The notes under the pieces are model-generated. The model was not told the DNA's origin. It ran no database searches and worked only from the letters and a program-made list of their open reading frames with translations. This document shows, one piece after another, positions 38,401 through 51,385 of a stretch of DNA of 64,000 nucleotides. Source of the DNA: Glaucostegus cemiculus (lineage: Eukaryota). Location of the stretch: the NCBI GenBank assembly GCA_976551045.1, contig CDPCPM010000013.1, positions 19,964,001-20,028,000 of the forward strand. The letters run 5' to 3'. Numbering within the stretch: the stretch's first letter is position 1; every line of letters begins with the position of its first letter. Made by a program: the position numbers and the translations under genes.

Positions 38401-39950
38401 AGTCTCCCGTGATAACAACCCTGTTATATTTGCATCTTTCCAAAGTCTACCTCCTGATCTGCTCCTCCATATCCTTGCTGCTACCAGGGGGCCTATAGAA
38501 TACTCCCAGTAGAGTAACTGCTCCTTTCTTGTTCCTGACTTCCACCCACACTGAATCTAGAGAGGATTCTTCTACTTTATCCACCCTTTCTGCAGCCTGT
38601 ATCCCTGACCAGTAATGCCACCCCTCCTCCTTTTCTCACCCCTCCATCCCTTTTAAAACACTGAAATCCAGGAATATTCAATACTCACTCCTGCCCTGGT
38701 GACAGCCAAATCTCTGCAAGAGGCACAATATCATAGTCCCATGTACTTATCCAAGCTCTCAGTTCATCACCCTTATTCCTGATGCTTCTTGCATTTAAGT
38801 AAATGCATGTTAGCCCATCCACCTTACTAATTTTATACCCTATACTCTGCTTCTCCTTCCTCAAAGCCTCTCTACATGTTAGAGCTGGCTTTACTCTGTG
38901 CACTTCTTCCACTGATCTATCCCTCTGGTTCCCATCCCCCTTGCAAACTAGTTTAAACCCTCCTGAACCACACTAGCAAACCTGTCTGCAAGGATATTGG
39001 TCCCCCTCGAGTTCATGTGTAACCCGTCCAATCTGTACAGATCCCACCTTCCCCAGAAGAGATCCCCATTATCCAAAAATCTAAAACCTTACTTCCTGCA
39101 CCAACTCCTCAGCCGTGCATTCATCTGCCATCTCCTCCTATTCTTACCTTCACTATCATGTGGCACAGGCAGCAACCCTGAGATTGCTACCCTTGAGGTC
39201 CTGTTCTTCAGCCTTCTGCCTAGCTCCCTAAACTCACTTTTCAGGACCTCATCCCTCTTTCTGCCTATGTCGTTGGTACCAACATGTACCACAACTTCTG
39301 GCTGCTTTCCCTCCTGCACAAGAATGCTGTGGACCTGATCAGAGACATCCTGGACCCTGGCACCTGGGAGGCAACATTCCATCTGGGATTCTCGCTCATG
39401 TCCACAGAACCTCCTGTCTGTTCCCCTGACTATCGAGTCCCCTATCACTATTGCCCTCCTCTTTTCCTCCCTTCCCTTCTGAGCAGCAGGTCCAGTCCCA
39501 GTGCCAAAGACCTTGTAGTGTGTTTTGAAATACAGTACAATATCTGGCTCGCCTTTATCTATTCTGCTAGTTACAATGTCAAGAAATTTGAATAAACTCA
39601 ATAAATGCAATTTCCTTTTTTATCTGAAATCAGTTTGGCCCTACCTAATCATATTGTGAATTTCTAAGTATTCTGTTATCTATTCATTAATAATTGCTGT
39701 TTTTGCTGATTGCTGGGAACTTCCCAGAATTTAGAGAATTTTGGAAGATGGCTAGCATTGTATCCACTTTCTCTGCAACCACCTTTTGGAACTGTAGAAT
39801 GCAGGCAATCGGGTCTAATGGATTTGTCGGTCCTTAATTTGCCAAGTACTTTTTCTCTATTGATATTTATTGTTTTATGTTCCTCATTATCTTATCCTTT
39901 TGGGTACTTAGTAATTCTGTTACACTTTGAGATTCTTTTCATTATGAAAA
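35410..39950 (-). mobile_element. Old CR1 RT remnant (pieces 35410-36214 and 39527-39950) hosting a younger CR1
   Basis: The D.DF.KAF region is split exactly at the younger insertion, and both flanks continue the old CR1 RT. Confidence 0.6.
36215..39514 (-). mobile_element. Near full-length CR1 LINE (ORF1 esterase remnant + APE + RT), with stops/frameshifts and an internal deletion near 38330-38380
   Basis: ORF1: IVIGDSIVRG..CLPGARVQD..VVVHVGTNDIG (SGNH-esterase-like). ORF2: [58 protein letters not shown]. The 3' terminus is near 36215. Confidence 0.93.
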
Positions 39951-41690
39951 TGATACAAAATTCTCCTTTAATAACAATGGAATTTCAGGTTACCTGATGC
40001 ATGTGAACAGGAGCTTTATTGGCCCCAGAACCTCTCAATATCCCTTTATGCTGACTTGCTGGATTCTCTTCCTGCATTTTATTATTTTAGGAAGAGACAC
40101 TCTAGTTCTTTTCAGAGGCAGTTCATGCTGTAGGGCTTTCCCTAGGTGCCACTGATTTCTGCATTCTGGGAATCAACAAACCAGCAAAGAAATGACAAGT
40201 TGGGTTTTGCAGAAGTTGTTTGTAAGTGCTCACAGGTTTGGAACTCCCCCCAAATGTGTGAGGCCTGAACTTTTGGCTGCTCTTCACTGATGATTTTGTG
40301 TCTACACTTTAACCAAGGACTTTTTGCAGACTCATCTTAGTATAGTTAGGGTAAGTTCTCAGCACTTGTGTAGGAGAATCCGCTCGGGTGACTCTGTCAA
40401 ACTTGTGCCAGGTTGGACCTGCACAGGAACATGTCGCCATTCGAATAAATGAAGTTAAGAATGATTCATGAGGCATGTTGAGTATTATGTGGTTTACAAT
40501 TTTTGAATTGTTTGATTAGTGGTTCTTAGTTGATTGGTAGTGTTCCTAAGCATATTTTAAAGGTCGAGGTTACCTTGAAATATTAAATACTTTGAATTAT
40601 TTTTGACTTCCAGTGGCTTTTAACTGTTTTTGAATGCTATGGATATTTAACATCCAGCTGCATTCATAGATCCTGACAGCTGCCTACTTCACCTTTTTTT
40701 TTCTGATTTGTGGACTGGGATTATCACTTGCACATATAAGACTTGCCATTGTACATAGTCCTGCCACTGAACATTAGGTCTGCATTCAGTGTAAGTTTAC
40801 TTTAGGAATTTGTAAAAAAAAAAGCTCTGAATCTTTATTTAAGTTGGTACTTCCCTCCTGCAGGAAATCCCAGCTCTACCTTCCTGGCCTGAAAAAGAAG
40901 GCATGAAATGGGTTGAATCTTTCAGGCTACAGATATAAGGCCATGTCATGCTGAGTGATACGTGCTGCTGCACGTGAGTCAAGTACTGAGCTCTGCTTTG
41001 CTTGGTCTTCCCAGAGTGCTCCAGCTGGGTCCTCAGTCAGGTCTGGCCTGGTATAAAATTAGAGTCCCCATCCATTTGAAATGGTTCCCTGAGCCTGTAC
41101 AATAGGGATATTTTAAAACATACTCTAGTTTAACATTTTAATGAAATACAAGTTACTGTAGATGTTCTCGGTGAACAGTTTGAAATAATTTATATCAATT
41201 TTAATATTTAAATGTCTCTGCCATAGCTCATCAGGTGTCACCAGGATCCAAAGGTGGAGCAAGATTTCAACTATACATCCATACCAGGTAAGCATGGGTA
41301 TTGGGTGTGACTTGCTGCACTGACCCCAGTCCATGAAGATTTCCACTCCCTCTTCCCCCAAGGCTCTTGCTTGGACTTCATGATAGTCACAATTGACTGA
41401 CTAAGTCCTAGAGCCCTTTTGTCTGTAAGTTATTTACTTGGTTGTTTTGTTTAGATAATTTCATGTGGGACAGAGAGAATTAACTGTTTTGTTTAAATTG
41501 GACAAAAAAATTGAGTAATTATCAAAATCATCCAGAATTTATTTAGTTAAGTTTGGTGGGAATATAATGAAATTTACAGTGCATTGTTGAATTTTTTTAG
41601 AGAAAATATCTTTTGAGCTTCATCTTTAAGTAATTTTTAAATCATTAACTTGCTTCTTTAAATGGTAACACCTCTGCCTTTTTGTTTCAG

Positions 41691-42004
41691 AGCCTGTTGA
41701 ATGTTTTCGGGGACATCTAGATGCAGGGTGCACATGAGACGCTGCATCTTTGAACTTGTGCCTAAAGCAATAAGAGAAGGAGGAATTTATTTTCACAACT
41801 GCTTTTGAATATCAAAGAACATGAAGTAGAATAACATAACTTTACAAAGATTTAGAAACTATCCTGTCACCAGCAGTTGAAAGGGTCAAACAACAATATT
41901 AGTAGAGAAATGTAAAAGAATCAAAATCTCTATTTCATAGAATCTGTAACTGAAATAAAATTTGAAATTATACATTCACCAAGTAATCTGATCAAGCTGA
42001 AAAG
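41691..42004 (+). other. SYTL2: 5' UTR portion of the first SYTL2 coding exon
   Basis: Strong acceptor cctctgcctttttgtttcag| ending at 41690; 314 nt of non-repeat sequence up to the ATG. Confidence 0.65.
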
Positions 42005-42105
42005 ATGATTGATCTAAGTTACCTAACGGAGGAAGAGCAGGCGAATATCTTGAGGGTGCTGCGGAGAGATGCAGAGTTGAGAAAAGCGGAAGAAAAAAGA
42101 ATTAG
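42005..42105 (+). CDS. SYTL2: SYTL2 coding exon 1 (SHD1): [33 protein letters not shown](R)
   Basis: Matches the Slp2 N-terminus [34 protein letters not shown]; donor AG|GTGAG, phase 2. Confidence 0.93.
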
Positions 42106-43217
42106 GTGAGATTTATAAAAATATACATTTGCTTACTAATGGTTTATAGATGCTTATGATTTATACAATATATGAAATAACATTTATGAGGAACATTCAC
42201 ATATTAAGTTTCTGGCTTTCCTGTGGCTTGGAGGAATAGGATGCTATCTGATATATTTTGAAAAATTTGCTTATATAAAGGTTTTGTGTTCACAGAAAGC
42301 AGTGGGAATTTGAGTTTAAAAACCTGAAATAGTTGGCAGATGCTGGAAATTTGAAATAGTGACAAAAATGCTGAAGATGCTCACAGGTCAGACAGTATCA
42401 GAGGGAAAGAAACTGAGCTAATGACATTTTCAACAGTTTTACAGCATTTCAGTTTTATTTTCTCAATTGCCTGAAAGAAGAAAAACAACATTCAAAATTA
42501 TAGGAGTGACAAGAAGCTGAGGTGTACAACGTGGAACAACAGGGAGTCCAATGCTCAGGCCCCATTTCTTTTAAATTATCATTAGTTAATCTCAAACAGT
42601 TTTGCATCAATTCAAATTGCACTTGGAATTTGATCATATTTGACCCAAGTTCTGAAGGAATCATAAGATAAACTTCCATTAATGAGTGGAAGAGCAGAAG
42701 GTCAGAAGCTGTGACACCTGCCTGTGCAGTGTTGGGTGAGGGGGGTGGTGGGGGATATTAAAATATGACGATACTATGTTTCATGAGGAGAGATGCCAGG
42801 TCATAGACCGACAGTGAAGGGAATCTGTGATAGCGAAGCATTCAGAAGAAGAACAGTGCTGATCTGGAATGCTTGAGCTGATCCACCATTGATGCCTCCT
42901 TTTACATCAAGGTAAAAGAGCAACCTTCTAGCTACCTGGTTACAGCCATAGCAATGGGATTTAGGAGCACAGGTTTTATAATTAAGTATATGTGGAGGCA
43001 AACAAAATGAGAAAGTACTAGGGTCTGTAGCAAAATATACATTTAATGGAAGTTTAATTTTGAGCAAATATTTTAATTTTTGTGTCCAGTTAAATCTTTT
43101 AGTTCCGATTTCAGTGATGATGAATCCACAGTTAGATGAGAGAATGCTGTTCCTAATGCTGCCCTTCCATAAGAAACTTCGATCATTCAATTATGGGTGT
43201 TGATTTAAAAAAAAATT

Positions 43218-43545
43218 AAAGAGTTTTACAGCATGAAAGCATGCTCTTCAGCCCACCATGTCCATGCTAGCTATCAAGTGCCTATCTGCATAATCCCATT
43301 TTCTTGTACTCAGCCAGTAGCACTTTATGCCATGGCATTTTGAATGCTCATCTAAATTCTACTTAAATGGTGAGAGAGTATCTACTATCACTAGCACCTC
43401 TGACAATGAATTTCAGACTTCATCAACTCTCTAGGTGGGGGGACAAAAGTCTTTGTCCTCTAAATTTCCAACTCCTTGCCTTAAATTTAGGCCCTCTGTT
43501 TGGAGGCAACTCTGCTCAGGGGAAAGGTTTCTCATTATCTACCGT
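43218..43545 (-). mobile_element. CR1 LINE 3' end, degraded
   Basis: tacagcatgaaagcatgctcttcagcccacc terminus plus reverse RFKV/RG-type C-terminal sequence. Confidence 0.65.
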
Positions 43546-46039
43546 AGCAGTGACCTGCTGATGCCTGATGTTTTGTGCAGAAAACAGCATCTCATCAAAA
43601 CAGAGAAAGCCCTGGCAATTCCTAGTGGCCCTGTGGCTTTCATTGTGCAGTGGCTGGAGCATAAATAAGAGCCAGAACTCAAGGAAGGAGCAGATTGGAC
43701 TTGTCTCCCAAAATCCATCCACTGGATCAATTGTGCCTCTTTAAAAAAAAAAGATAGACAGGATGAAATTCCAAATTGCTAAGGAGTTCTGTGGAGCTCC
43801 GTGAATATCAAGCTTTGGCCGTGAAGAGGTTTCTTTCATGGCTAACTACCACTTTTGAACCTTGAGCTTTTGACCTTCTGAATCACGATGTCTGTGTTCA
43901 GCAAGTAAGCGTGAAGCTTTATGTGAACACAGCAATGTTGGCAAATTCATATGCCTGCTCTGCCTTGTGTCCTCTTCTGAAGGAAAAGTAGAGCTTCAGT
44001 GACCTCATTAACATTGTGGTGAGGAGAGAACTGTGTGATATGAAAAATGTCACCCTTGCTGCCTACAGTGATCTATGTGCTAGGAGTGCAAGGATTGACC
44101 TTGATTGGCAATGCATTCCAGGCATGGATGCAACCTGGAGATTTGACCATAGAAAACTTCATATCTCCATTATAGCCTACTTTGTAAACCTTGAGCTCAA
44201 GCTGTTTCTCTTCAGAAATGTAATCATAGGAATACAGGCCACTCCTGTGTGATCTGCAGCTCCCAAGTTATCCAGCAAAACCCATGGCATTGCCATGAAG
44301 GCATCCATGGTTCAGGTAATTGAAGTGTCAAAATGGCAGTGGAGGAGAGGACAAGCCTCTGTGGTCCACGAGAACAGGTTTTAGACAGGTTCATCACTCT
44401 CCAGCATGTTCTGTAACAGGCTGGCCGTTTAAAGTGTGCCACTCTTGAGCTGGCAGTGCTATGAACACCTGGTTGTTGAGACTGTGCAATGACTAATATA
44501 GTGCAGGAAAAGATGACTCAGTTTCAAGTGGAACAAAAGTAGAGTGCTGGAAATACTCAGCTGGTTGGGCAGCACCTGAACTAATAAAGAGTTGCTGACA
44601 ATGTTAATTCTGTTTATCTCTCCATAGGTGTTGCCTGATAGAAAGTGATGGAAATGCTCAGCCTGTTTTTGTTTCTGATTTCCAGCATCTGTAGTTTTTT
44701 TTTTGTTTTTATAATTTCAAAAAACTGTTGCATGAGGAATAATGTCATTGAGTATGTACCTGATCCCAAGAGTGTATCAGCTATACAACAACGATTCTCA
44801 CTGGACAAATTCCAGAATGATTGAAACAACCTGAAAACCATTATTACTGTGATTTATTCTAGAAATAATAGATTTTTCTTGTACATAACATGGCCACGTG
44901 ATCTATATCTTGGCCATCATGTTTAATATGAAAAATTGTACAGAATCCCAGAACTTAGATTTTGGAACATTACTGAAGCTATGTACTAAAAATGGAATTT
45001 GACTTGTTTGCTGGTAAAGAGAAGTCATTATTACATCCTTTTGCTTTACTGGTTGTTGAATTAACTATACTTTTTGAAAGTTGTTTTGATTTTTTTTACT
45101 ATCTTGTATCCTGAAGATAAGTTTTTGGTTCCATTTTAACTTAAGGGAAAGACTGTGCATTGGACCACAATCTTGAAAGCAGCCATGTGATCATTAGAAA
45201 TTATGCATGGACTTGCTGTTTATATATAAATTTTACTTCCATTCATTTTGATTTTAGAAGTGATCAAAAGGCTGTGAATAATAAGAATGATTGTGGTATA
45301 AATTTTGAATTTGTTCTTTTTTGATGTTTTACTGATCACATAAACTATACCAGACATGAGTTCTTAATTAACGCATTACTATCTTTTCATGACGCAGTCA
45401 AGTTTAACCAAGGATGAAAAAAAATGGACAATTCAGAATTGAATCTAAATTTATAACACTTTATCTTTAATTATTGTCGCGCAGCATAAACTAGATTGGG
45501 TATGATGGAATGCATACAGTAGGGTAAAACCTGTCACATGCATTAAATACATAACTTGGTGATGTGTGCCCATGGACCTCTGCTACCCAAAACCGATTTC
45601 AGTAGGGCTGAATATCAGAAACTATATTTGCTGTTTCAAGCATTTCTCTCCCTCAGATTTCAGTTTCATGTTTTCCTTCTCCCGCCACCTCACCCTCCTG
45701 TTTACATTTCTATCTCTCATACTAATTCATAGTGAACATCTTAAAGTTCTGGAGGTACCAGGATTGAGACATGAGTATAACTAGTTGAAAAATACTGAAA
45801 GTAAATTCAGTTTTGCTATCTTGCTCTGGTAGCCTTTCACTGCTTGGTCAGAAAATTTGGTCCAAGCCCCAGTCAGCATTTGGTTGATATCTGAGTCAAC
45901 ATCCATGGTGTCACTGAATGAGTGCTGCTACCTTTTTGGAGGAGGATGTGAGAGATCCCATGGCTCTAGTTGGAATTCTTCTGGAGTTGAAATGTGAATA
46001 AGTGAGCAGCCTTTTAAAATATGAATAAGAAATTTTTTA

Positions 46040-47100
46040 AAAACTGGGAAAGGCCACAAGATCCTTCAGGCCTATCCATCAACCACTACCATGTTTAATC
46101 CTCTAGCTCAGCTTTAAGATGCTCAGTCCCCACAACCTTTGATTCCCTTTTGCCCACCAAAATTTATTGATTCCAGCCTTGAGTATACATGATGATAGAG
46201 TATCCATAGACCCGAGGCAGAGAATTCCAAAGATTTAGAAAGAGCAAGGAAGTATCTCCTTATTTGCAATCCTAAATGGCTGATCCCTTATTCTAAGGTA
46301 TCTTTGCTACACCCTTTGTCCCAGACTGACCAGCTTGAAGGAAGAGCCTCTCAACATTTACCTTGCCAATCCCTCAGAATCTTGTGTGTTTCATTGAAAA
46401 CACCCTTTGCTTTTCTAAACCTCTTGGTATGGCCCATCATACCCATCTCTTCTCAAGACCACCCCAATTCCAGAATCAATCTGGCGAATCTGTTACAGTG
46501 CCATTGCCATGTACATTTTTGAGTATGGAACCCAAAACTTAATACACCAAAAGCAAGTTAATCGGCAAGTACATGGCAGATGAAATATAATGTGGAAAAA
46601 TGTGAGATTATCCACTTTGGTAGATAACATAAAAGTGGTGGATAATTTCTTAAATGTTAAGAGATGGTGTTCACTGCTGTCTGTCCTTGTGTATGAATAA
46701 CTAAATCTTAATCTGAAGGCATAGCAAACAATTAGGAAGTCAAGCAGTATGCCAGCCTTTATTATGAGTGGATTTGAGTACAAAAATAAAAACATCTTAC
46801 TGCAATTTCATAGATTCCATCAGGAATATTGTTAGTTTTCTGACCAAAGGAAGGGTATTCTTGCAGTGGAATGACTCTGAAACTAGTTCAGCAGATTAAT
46901 TCCTGGAATTGGGGAGTTGGCCACAAGGAGAAGTTAAGCAAAATTGGCTTTAAAACTGCTATAGGAGATTGAGAGATGATCTTATTGAAACCCGCAACAT
47001 TCTTATGGAGCTTGAATGGATAGGTGCAGGGACGTTGGTTCTCTTGGTCTGGGTGTTTACAAAATAAAGAGTCGGCCATTTAGGATAAAGGTGATGACTT
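46040..47100. mobile_element. Two old CR1 fragments in opposite orientation (46040-46545 minus, 46550-47100 plus)
   Basis: Plus piece reads WQ.KYNVEKCEIIHFG; the minus piece carries CR1 3'-end motifs. Confidence 0.65.
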
Positions 47101-47174
47101 TCACTACATCTCCTCTATTGCAATTATACTATTCCTTGCATTGGGAGACTGGACCTGTATAAAGTACTAGAGAT

Positions 47175-47370
47175 GTCAAAGTCAAATTTATTGTCATATG
47201 CACACAATGCACAGGTGCAGTGAAAAACTTATTTGCAGCAGTATCACAGGCATATAGCATCATATAAGCAGAATTCACAGAAAAACAAACAAATTGTACA
47301 CAATGCTTACAAGAAAGAACACAATTAGAACAAAAAAATACAAAGTCCATTTCAAAATGTGGTCTCACTA
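47175..47370 (-). mobile_element. Rex1-type LINE 3' tail
   Basis: (gtcaaa)2-tttattgtcatatgcac..cagtgaaaaactt tail. Confidence 0.6.
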
Positions 47371-48714
47371 GTGTGCTTTATAACTAAATTATGAACAGCT
47401 GGGGCAGAAGGGTCCTGACCCAAAACGTTGACCGCCTGCTTTTCTCCACGGATGCTGCCTGGCCAGCTGAGTTCCTCCAGCATCATTGTGTTTTTTCATC
47501 TAGATTCCAGCATCTGCAGTGCTTTGTTTCTCTAGTACCTCTGGCAGCAATCCATTTGTCAACCCCATTGAAATAACCTGTTTATTTCAATTATTATGAT
47601 TTGCAAATGGTAAATGTGACTGTGGGAATTATCATGGGAGTTGTAGTCAAGATGCAGGATGCCTCCGCCATGATTTGGGCTGTGATATCTTCCTAAGCTT
47701 TAGTTGCATTCCCTTTTAATAGAGGGGAGTAGCAATTTTTTTCTCTCTGACATCTGATGTCTGTCTATCTGGTCTGTATTACTCATGCTGTCTTCCTCAG
47801 AATACAGAATACTTTAGACCACCATTCCTAATTAAGCCATTATTTCTGCAACCATCACAATAAAAGCCTAGAATGTAGACCACCTAGTCTAGAGGACTTG
47901 TTAGTTCCCTTAAATTTTTCTTTTTACTAATTGATTACTTCTTTGTCATATGACCCATTGCTCCCCTTATGTTCCACAAATCATTTGTGTAATTTTACGT
48001 AAATACCAGAGAAAGAAACGTTTAATATCCCAGCCACTTATTTACATTTACTTTTGCTGTGATTTTCCTTCTATTAAGTATTTTCACCATCATTTACTTA
48101 ACCAATCCTTAGGGTTGTTAGTTTTGTTTGCAAGAGGAGAAATTTCTTCACTCAGGATGTTGTGATTCTTTCTGCAATGTAAAACTTGTTAGATTTCTTA
48201 CTTTTCTAGTTCTGATAAAGGGTTATTGGCCTGAAACTTTTACTGAATTTCACTTTCCACAGAGCTGCTACAGAGTATGCTCAGTATTTTCTGTTTAGTG
48301 AAAATCAAAATAAAACTGCGAATGCTGGAAATTTGAAATAAAAACAGAAAAAGGTGGAAACGTGAAGGGTCAAGGACATAAGTGTTTTTCTTTTCACAGA
48401 TGGCACATAACCTGCTGTTTTGTTTTCAGCATTTTCTGCATTTATATTTATTTTGGTTGTTGTTGTATATTGGTTGGATATGTTTAGTTCTGAATCAACT
48501 AAAATTTTTAGGCCTCTTCAGTTTCATATTTGGCTACTGAAAGAGTATTTGTAAGTATGTATGCCACCAATACTTTTTCTGTACCCCACTTGTCTGGACT
48601 AACTTTCATCTGTCATTGTGTAATAAGGGGTAAAGAAGTGATGATGAAACTTCAAAATGCCTATGGCTAGTCACCTGCAAAATAATGAATTATTTTGTGT
48701 TTTATGTTTTCTAG

Positions 48715-48860
48715 GGAAATGCAAATTAAAAATGAAGTACAACGTAAGAATATGACTGGTGAGTGGTTTTATAAAGCCAAGGCAAGGAGGCACAAAGATA
48801 CACTACATGGGGCAGAGCTAATTGAGGCATCAATGCGGAGGAAGAAACCCACGACTATCT
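48715..48860 (+). CDS. SYTL2: SYTL2 coding exon 2 (SHD2): [48 protein letters not shown]
   Basis: TGEWF Rab27-binding motif; no zinc finger between SHD1 and SHD2 (Slp1/Slp2 type); resembles [33 protein letters not shown]. Acceptor ttttctag, donor gtaagt, phase 2 to 1. Confidence 0.93.
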
Positions 48861-49738
48861 GTAAGTTTCCTTAATTACTTGTATATTATCAAGCCAACTT
48901 CCCATTCATTGACTCTCAAAAAACCAGGTGTAAAGGAACTTTGAATAAGACAAGATCATTTGAATGTCATTTGTTGACCCCAGAGGAATGAAGAATTTTA
49001 ACATTCCAATGTTTGTTGTCAGCTTCAGGTTATGATCATGACTACAATGCCTTGCCCATTTGTGAATTATGAAATATTCTTATTAAGAAATATTTTGAGT
49101 AAATCTGGTTACATCTTCCTCTGAAATAAGTACATTATATCTTTGCAAAACTTCAGAAACACAAATAATTAATATTAATATGGCAAGACATTTTGGAATG
49201 TACAGTCTTGTTGAAAGATAATCTTATAAAATTCATGTAATAAATTGTGTTTCAAACTTTTTGAAATGCTAAAATTAGGTATACTTGATCCTCGTGTGTT
49301 TATCTTAGTGATTAAAAAAAATTGTTCCATTTAATAATGTGGCCATTATCTAGGTCTGTGGTCTGCTTGATAATGCCTTGTGAAATTGCAATTGTGGGTA
49401 AAACTATTTTGTATCTCACACTTACAAAAACAAGGTGAATAACAGGTGCCCTACCAAAAATGAATGTGGATATTTGGAGTAAAACTAAATTCAGTTTAAT
49501 GAAAGAGAGAATTGAGTGGCCATCTCAGTTTCTCTCATCTGTAGAAAGAACAAAAACAAGGTGATGTTTGAGATTGATGGTCATCAACCTGAAAACGTGA
49601 ACTCTGCTTCTGTCTCTCTGCTACTTGACCTGCTGAGAATTTGCAGCATATTCTGCTTTTGTTTTAAATTTCCAGCATCTGGCATTTTTTTTTTATTGTT
49701 GTTATATTTCACTAAACATACATTATCTTCATTTACAG

Positions 49739-49868
49739 ATGAACGTCTCCAGTCCAGGGAGTTCAAGGAGAAATCCAACAGCTCTTTGAAAAGTGCTGGG
49801 AGCAGTATTTTTATACCACCTGAGCTTTCTTTTTTCCTACAACCAAAGTCGGAAGAACCTCAAAACAG
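49739..49868 (+). CDS. SYTL2: SYTL2 coding exon 3: (Y)ERLQSREFKEKSNSSLKSAGSSIFIPPELSFFLQPKSEEPQN
   Basis: Phase 1 to 2 compatible; FIPPEL resembles human FLPPEL; acceptor tttacag, donor gtattg. Confidence 0.82.
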
Positions 49869-50154
49869 GTATTGTCTAGAACTGGATGTAAACTACTTTA
49901 GTTAGAGCTATTAGAACGGTGCAGTCAGAAAGACAGACAGTGGCCAATCTTCAGTGTCTCTATCTTTTTTTCACTCCTTTTTCTTTATCAAGTAAATGTT
50001 TCCAGTGAGAGGCTGATTATACATTTTTTTGAAAAGGTGAACTTGTAAGTTTTATAAAACAAACCATGTGAATCTCAATTGAATACATGCTGAGGTTTTG
50101 TACTTAAAGTCTGCTCAATATATATTTTAAAAATTGTTTATTTATATGATGTGT

Positions 50155-51385
50155 GCATTGCTGCAAGGCCAACATTTCTTGCTTTCTCTAATTGCCTATG
50201 TTGCTTGTGAGCCACCTAATTAAACCACTGTACTTCTGTCAATGAAAGCTTTTCCATAGTATTATTGTGTAGGGAGATCCAAGATTTAGATCCAGTGGTG
50301 CTAAAGAAATGAAGATGTATATCCAATTCAGGATGGTGTATGACCTGAATTGGAATTTATTAAAGATGTTGTTTCCATGCACCTGTTGCCCTCTCCTTTG
50401 AGATTGTTAAACTATACAGATTGCAGAGATGTTGAAAAAAATAACAACGAATTTCTAGAAAAGAACCCAGTGGGTCAAGCAGCATCTGTGGAGGCAAAGG
50501 AACGGTTGACACCATGCAAGCACTGAGACCGTAGCAGGAAGATGGCCAGTATATACAAGCGAGAGGGAGGGGTGAGATGGTGACTGGCGGATAGGAGATG
50601 GAACCAGATGGGGGGCAGGAGATGTGGTTGGGATCAATGAATGATGGGTAGATGAAGCCTGATGAGGGAGAGGGGAGTGTTCAAACAGTGGCTGGTAGGT
50701 GTTAAGTGGATCCAGGTAAGGGAGGGATGATGGGCAGATGGAATCAGGTGGGGAAGGGCAAAGACTCTTGGTAATGAAGGGAGCGGGATGGAAAGGTGAA
50801 CAGTAGGAGAGAGAACCTAGGTGGACTGGTGGGATTGGGAAAGGAACACAGGACTGCAGGTTACCTGGAAAAACTAGCCTTACTGAGTATCTGCAGTGCA
50901 TTTTGTTGTTGATATTACACTACATTTGGGGAGTGCTAATGGTGAAAGTGGTGAGTGGTTAGGGTGATGGATTGTTTTAAGTGGTGTCCAGGTTCTTGAA
51001 TGTTGTTGGTCATGCACTTGGATGGAGGTAGTTCCAACACACTGCTGATTTGTGTCTTGTAGATGAGTGGAAGGACTATGGGGAATTGGAAGGAGAGTTA
51101 GCAGCCAGAGGAGACCCAGCTCCTGGCTTACTTTTATAGTCACAGTATTCATGTCACTGGTCTAGTAAGGTTGCTTCTCAGTGGTAAAGTCACAGTTGTT
51201 TTCCCCAGGGTCGGGGAGTCGAAAACTAGAGGACATAGCTTTAAGTTGAGAGGGGAAAGATTTAAAGGGGAGCTAAGAGACAAGTTTTTCCACACAGTGA
51301 GTGGGTATATTGAACAAACTGCCAGAGGAAGGGATAGAGGTGGGTATGAGTTTAAAAGACACTTAGACAAGTGCATGGATACAGC
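50155..51385. mobile_element. Nested LINE cluster: CR1/L2-group (-) split by a Penelope fragment (50460-50870, -), then a CR1 3' fragment (+, 51190-51385)
   Basis: ggccaacatttcttgc..ctaattgcc terminus; purine-rich Penelope 3' region; ORF FPRVGESKTRGHSFKLRGERFKGELR. Confidence 0.7.

Noticed and set aside
39089-39610. 173-aa GDSL/SGNH esterase-like ORF as a host or captured enzyme gene
   Set aside because: It is the known esterase-type ORF1 of a CR1 LINE, fused in frame by chance to older CR1 sequence.
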